From an uncultured Gammaproteobacteria bacterium (GTDB lineage Bacteria > Patescibacteriota > Microgenomatia > Daviesbacterales > UBA10151): 7,679 nucleotides of DNA. The translations under genes were made by a program, and so were the position numbers. The notes under the pieces are model-generated. The model saw only the letters and a list, made by a program, of their open reading frames with translations. It was not told where the DNA came from and searched no databases. The stretch covers positions 616 through 8,294 of the forward strand of contig CAZFVS010000045.1 of NCBI GenBank assembly GCA_964522265.1, given 5' to 3'. Positions 7,349 to 7,679 of this stretch are shown here, piece by piece (within the stretch, counting starts at the first letter, position 1; every line of letters starts with the position of its first letter).

Positions 7349-7679
7349 TAAATTAGCTTGTTTTTAGCCCGTTCAATAAAAGATTTAAGAGGGTTTTTGG
7401 AGAGGTTACCATATTTTAACCAGTAACTAATTTCCTTCCCCGCCTCTTTAAAGACGGCTTTAACCTCATCAAAACCTGGATCTTGTTTTGTAAATTCCCT
7501 CATCTCCCAGGTTTTAAGATAAACTATTAAAAATGAAAAACTTTGCAGGCCACTAAGCGCTAAACCATGCAAACCGTCTTCATATCCCTTGTTTGCAAAA
7601 AACCTGCCTAAGAATTCACTTACAGGTTTGTTAATTAAATCGATCCATTTAAAATCATACCCATCCTTGATCAACTCTT
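7348..7679 (-). CDS. C-terminal portion of a second WaaE/KdtX-like GT2 glycosyltransferase. The 5' end lies outside the window.
   Basis: The frame is open from the window edge: ..E-L-I-K-D-G.. The M in the track is a TTG at 7674..7672, not a real start. The stop is TAA 7350..7348. The segment FLGRFFANKGYEDGLHGLALSGLQSFSFLIVYLKTWE aligns with EIFYQGIIRRGFFSGTIGIMDSLLQAFSLFITYIKLWE of the 5688..6491 protein. Shared pattern: G(Y/F)xxGxxGxxxSxLQ(S/A)FSxxIxYxKxWE. The catalytic domain is not visible here, so the call rests on the C-terminal domain only. Confidence 0.65.
   Translation of the reverse strand, partial: ELIKDGYDFKWIDLINKPVSEFLGRFFANKGYEDGLHGLALSGLQSFSFLIVYLKTWEMREFTKQDPGFDEVKAVFKEAGKEISYWLKYGNLSKNPLKSFIERAKNKLI

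Noticed and set aside
7672-7674. The start codon implied by the track for the 108-aa ORF (M at 7674).
   Set aside because: The codon is TTG, and the frame stays open upstream to the window edge (..GAG TTG ATC..). The sequence aligns to the C-terminal domain of a ~270-aa GT2 paralogue, so this is an internal Leu of a truncated gene and not a genuine start.
1-7679. Possible alternative genetic code (UGA recoding as in code 4 or code 25 lineages), given the AT-rich composition.
   Set aside because: TGA terminates two genes exactly at canonical junctions (6490..6488 within ATGA, and 5690..5688). TAA and TAG terminate the others. All seven family-typical proteins are full-length under the standard code, so there is no evidence of recoding.
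1-7679. Mobile element, genomic-island boundary, CRISPR array, tRNA or other RNA gene, toxin-antitoxin or defence genes.
   Set aside because: There is no integrase, transposase or recombinase-like ORF. I noticed no terminal inverted or direct repeats and no periodic repeat-spacer structure. There is no non-coding stretch long enough to hold a tRNA or ncRNA. Every ORF has a glycan-biosynthesis signature.

Overview
The whole window is one co-directional minus-strand operon from an AT-rich genome (roughly one third G+C, judged by eye on sampled lines). It holds eight tightly packed or overlapping genes, and all are glycan-assembly functions. In transcription order (high to low coordinates) they are: the C-terminal part of a WaaE/KdtX-like GT2 (7348..7679, partial); a COG1216-type GT2 (6488..7348); a complete WaaE/KdtX-like GT2 (5688..6491); a GT4/GT-B transferase (4603..5685); a 415-aa polytopic membrane protein that looks like a GT-C-type transferase (3369..4616); a second COG1216-type GT2 (2588..3379); a GtrB/ArnC/DPM1-like polyprenyl-phosphate glycosyltransferase (1606..2565); and an AsnB-family glutamine amidotransferase (1..1606). 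The AsnB gene is missing from the supplied ORF track only because it runs off the window edge. I hand-translated it and it is open for 535 codons. I could not support any RNA genes, CRISPR arrays, mobile-element genes, long repeats or convincing terminators. The only non-coding DNA is a 22-nt spacer (2566..2587). TAA, TAG and TGA all act as stops, so the standard bacterial code applies. I see no clear-cut novel system. This reads as a surface-glycan (O-antigen, capsule, teichoic-like or glycoprotein) transferase block. The parts most worth follow-up are the lipid-carrier-dependent extracytoplasmic module (polyprenyl-P GT plus an unassigned GT-C-like membrane protein) and the translationally coupled AsnB paralogue, which may amidate an envelope sugar or peptide rather than make asparagine. 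Lineage cannot be determined from the sequence alone. All family assignments rest on motif recognition by eye and need HMM or structure confirmation.
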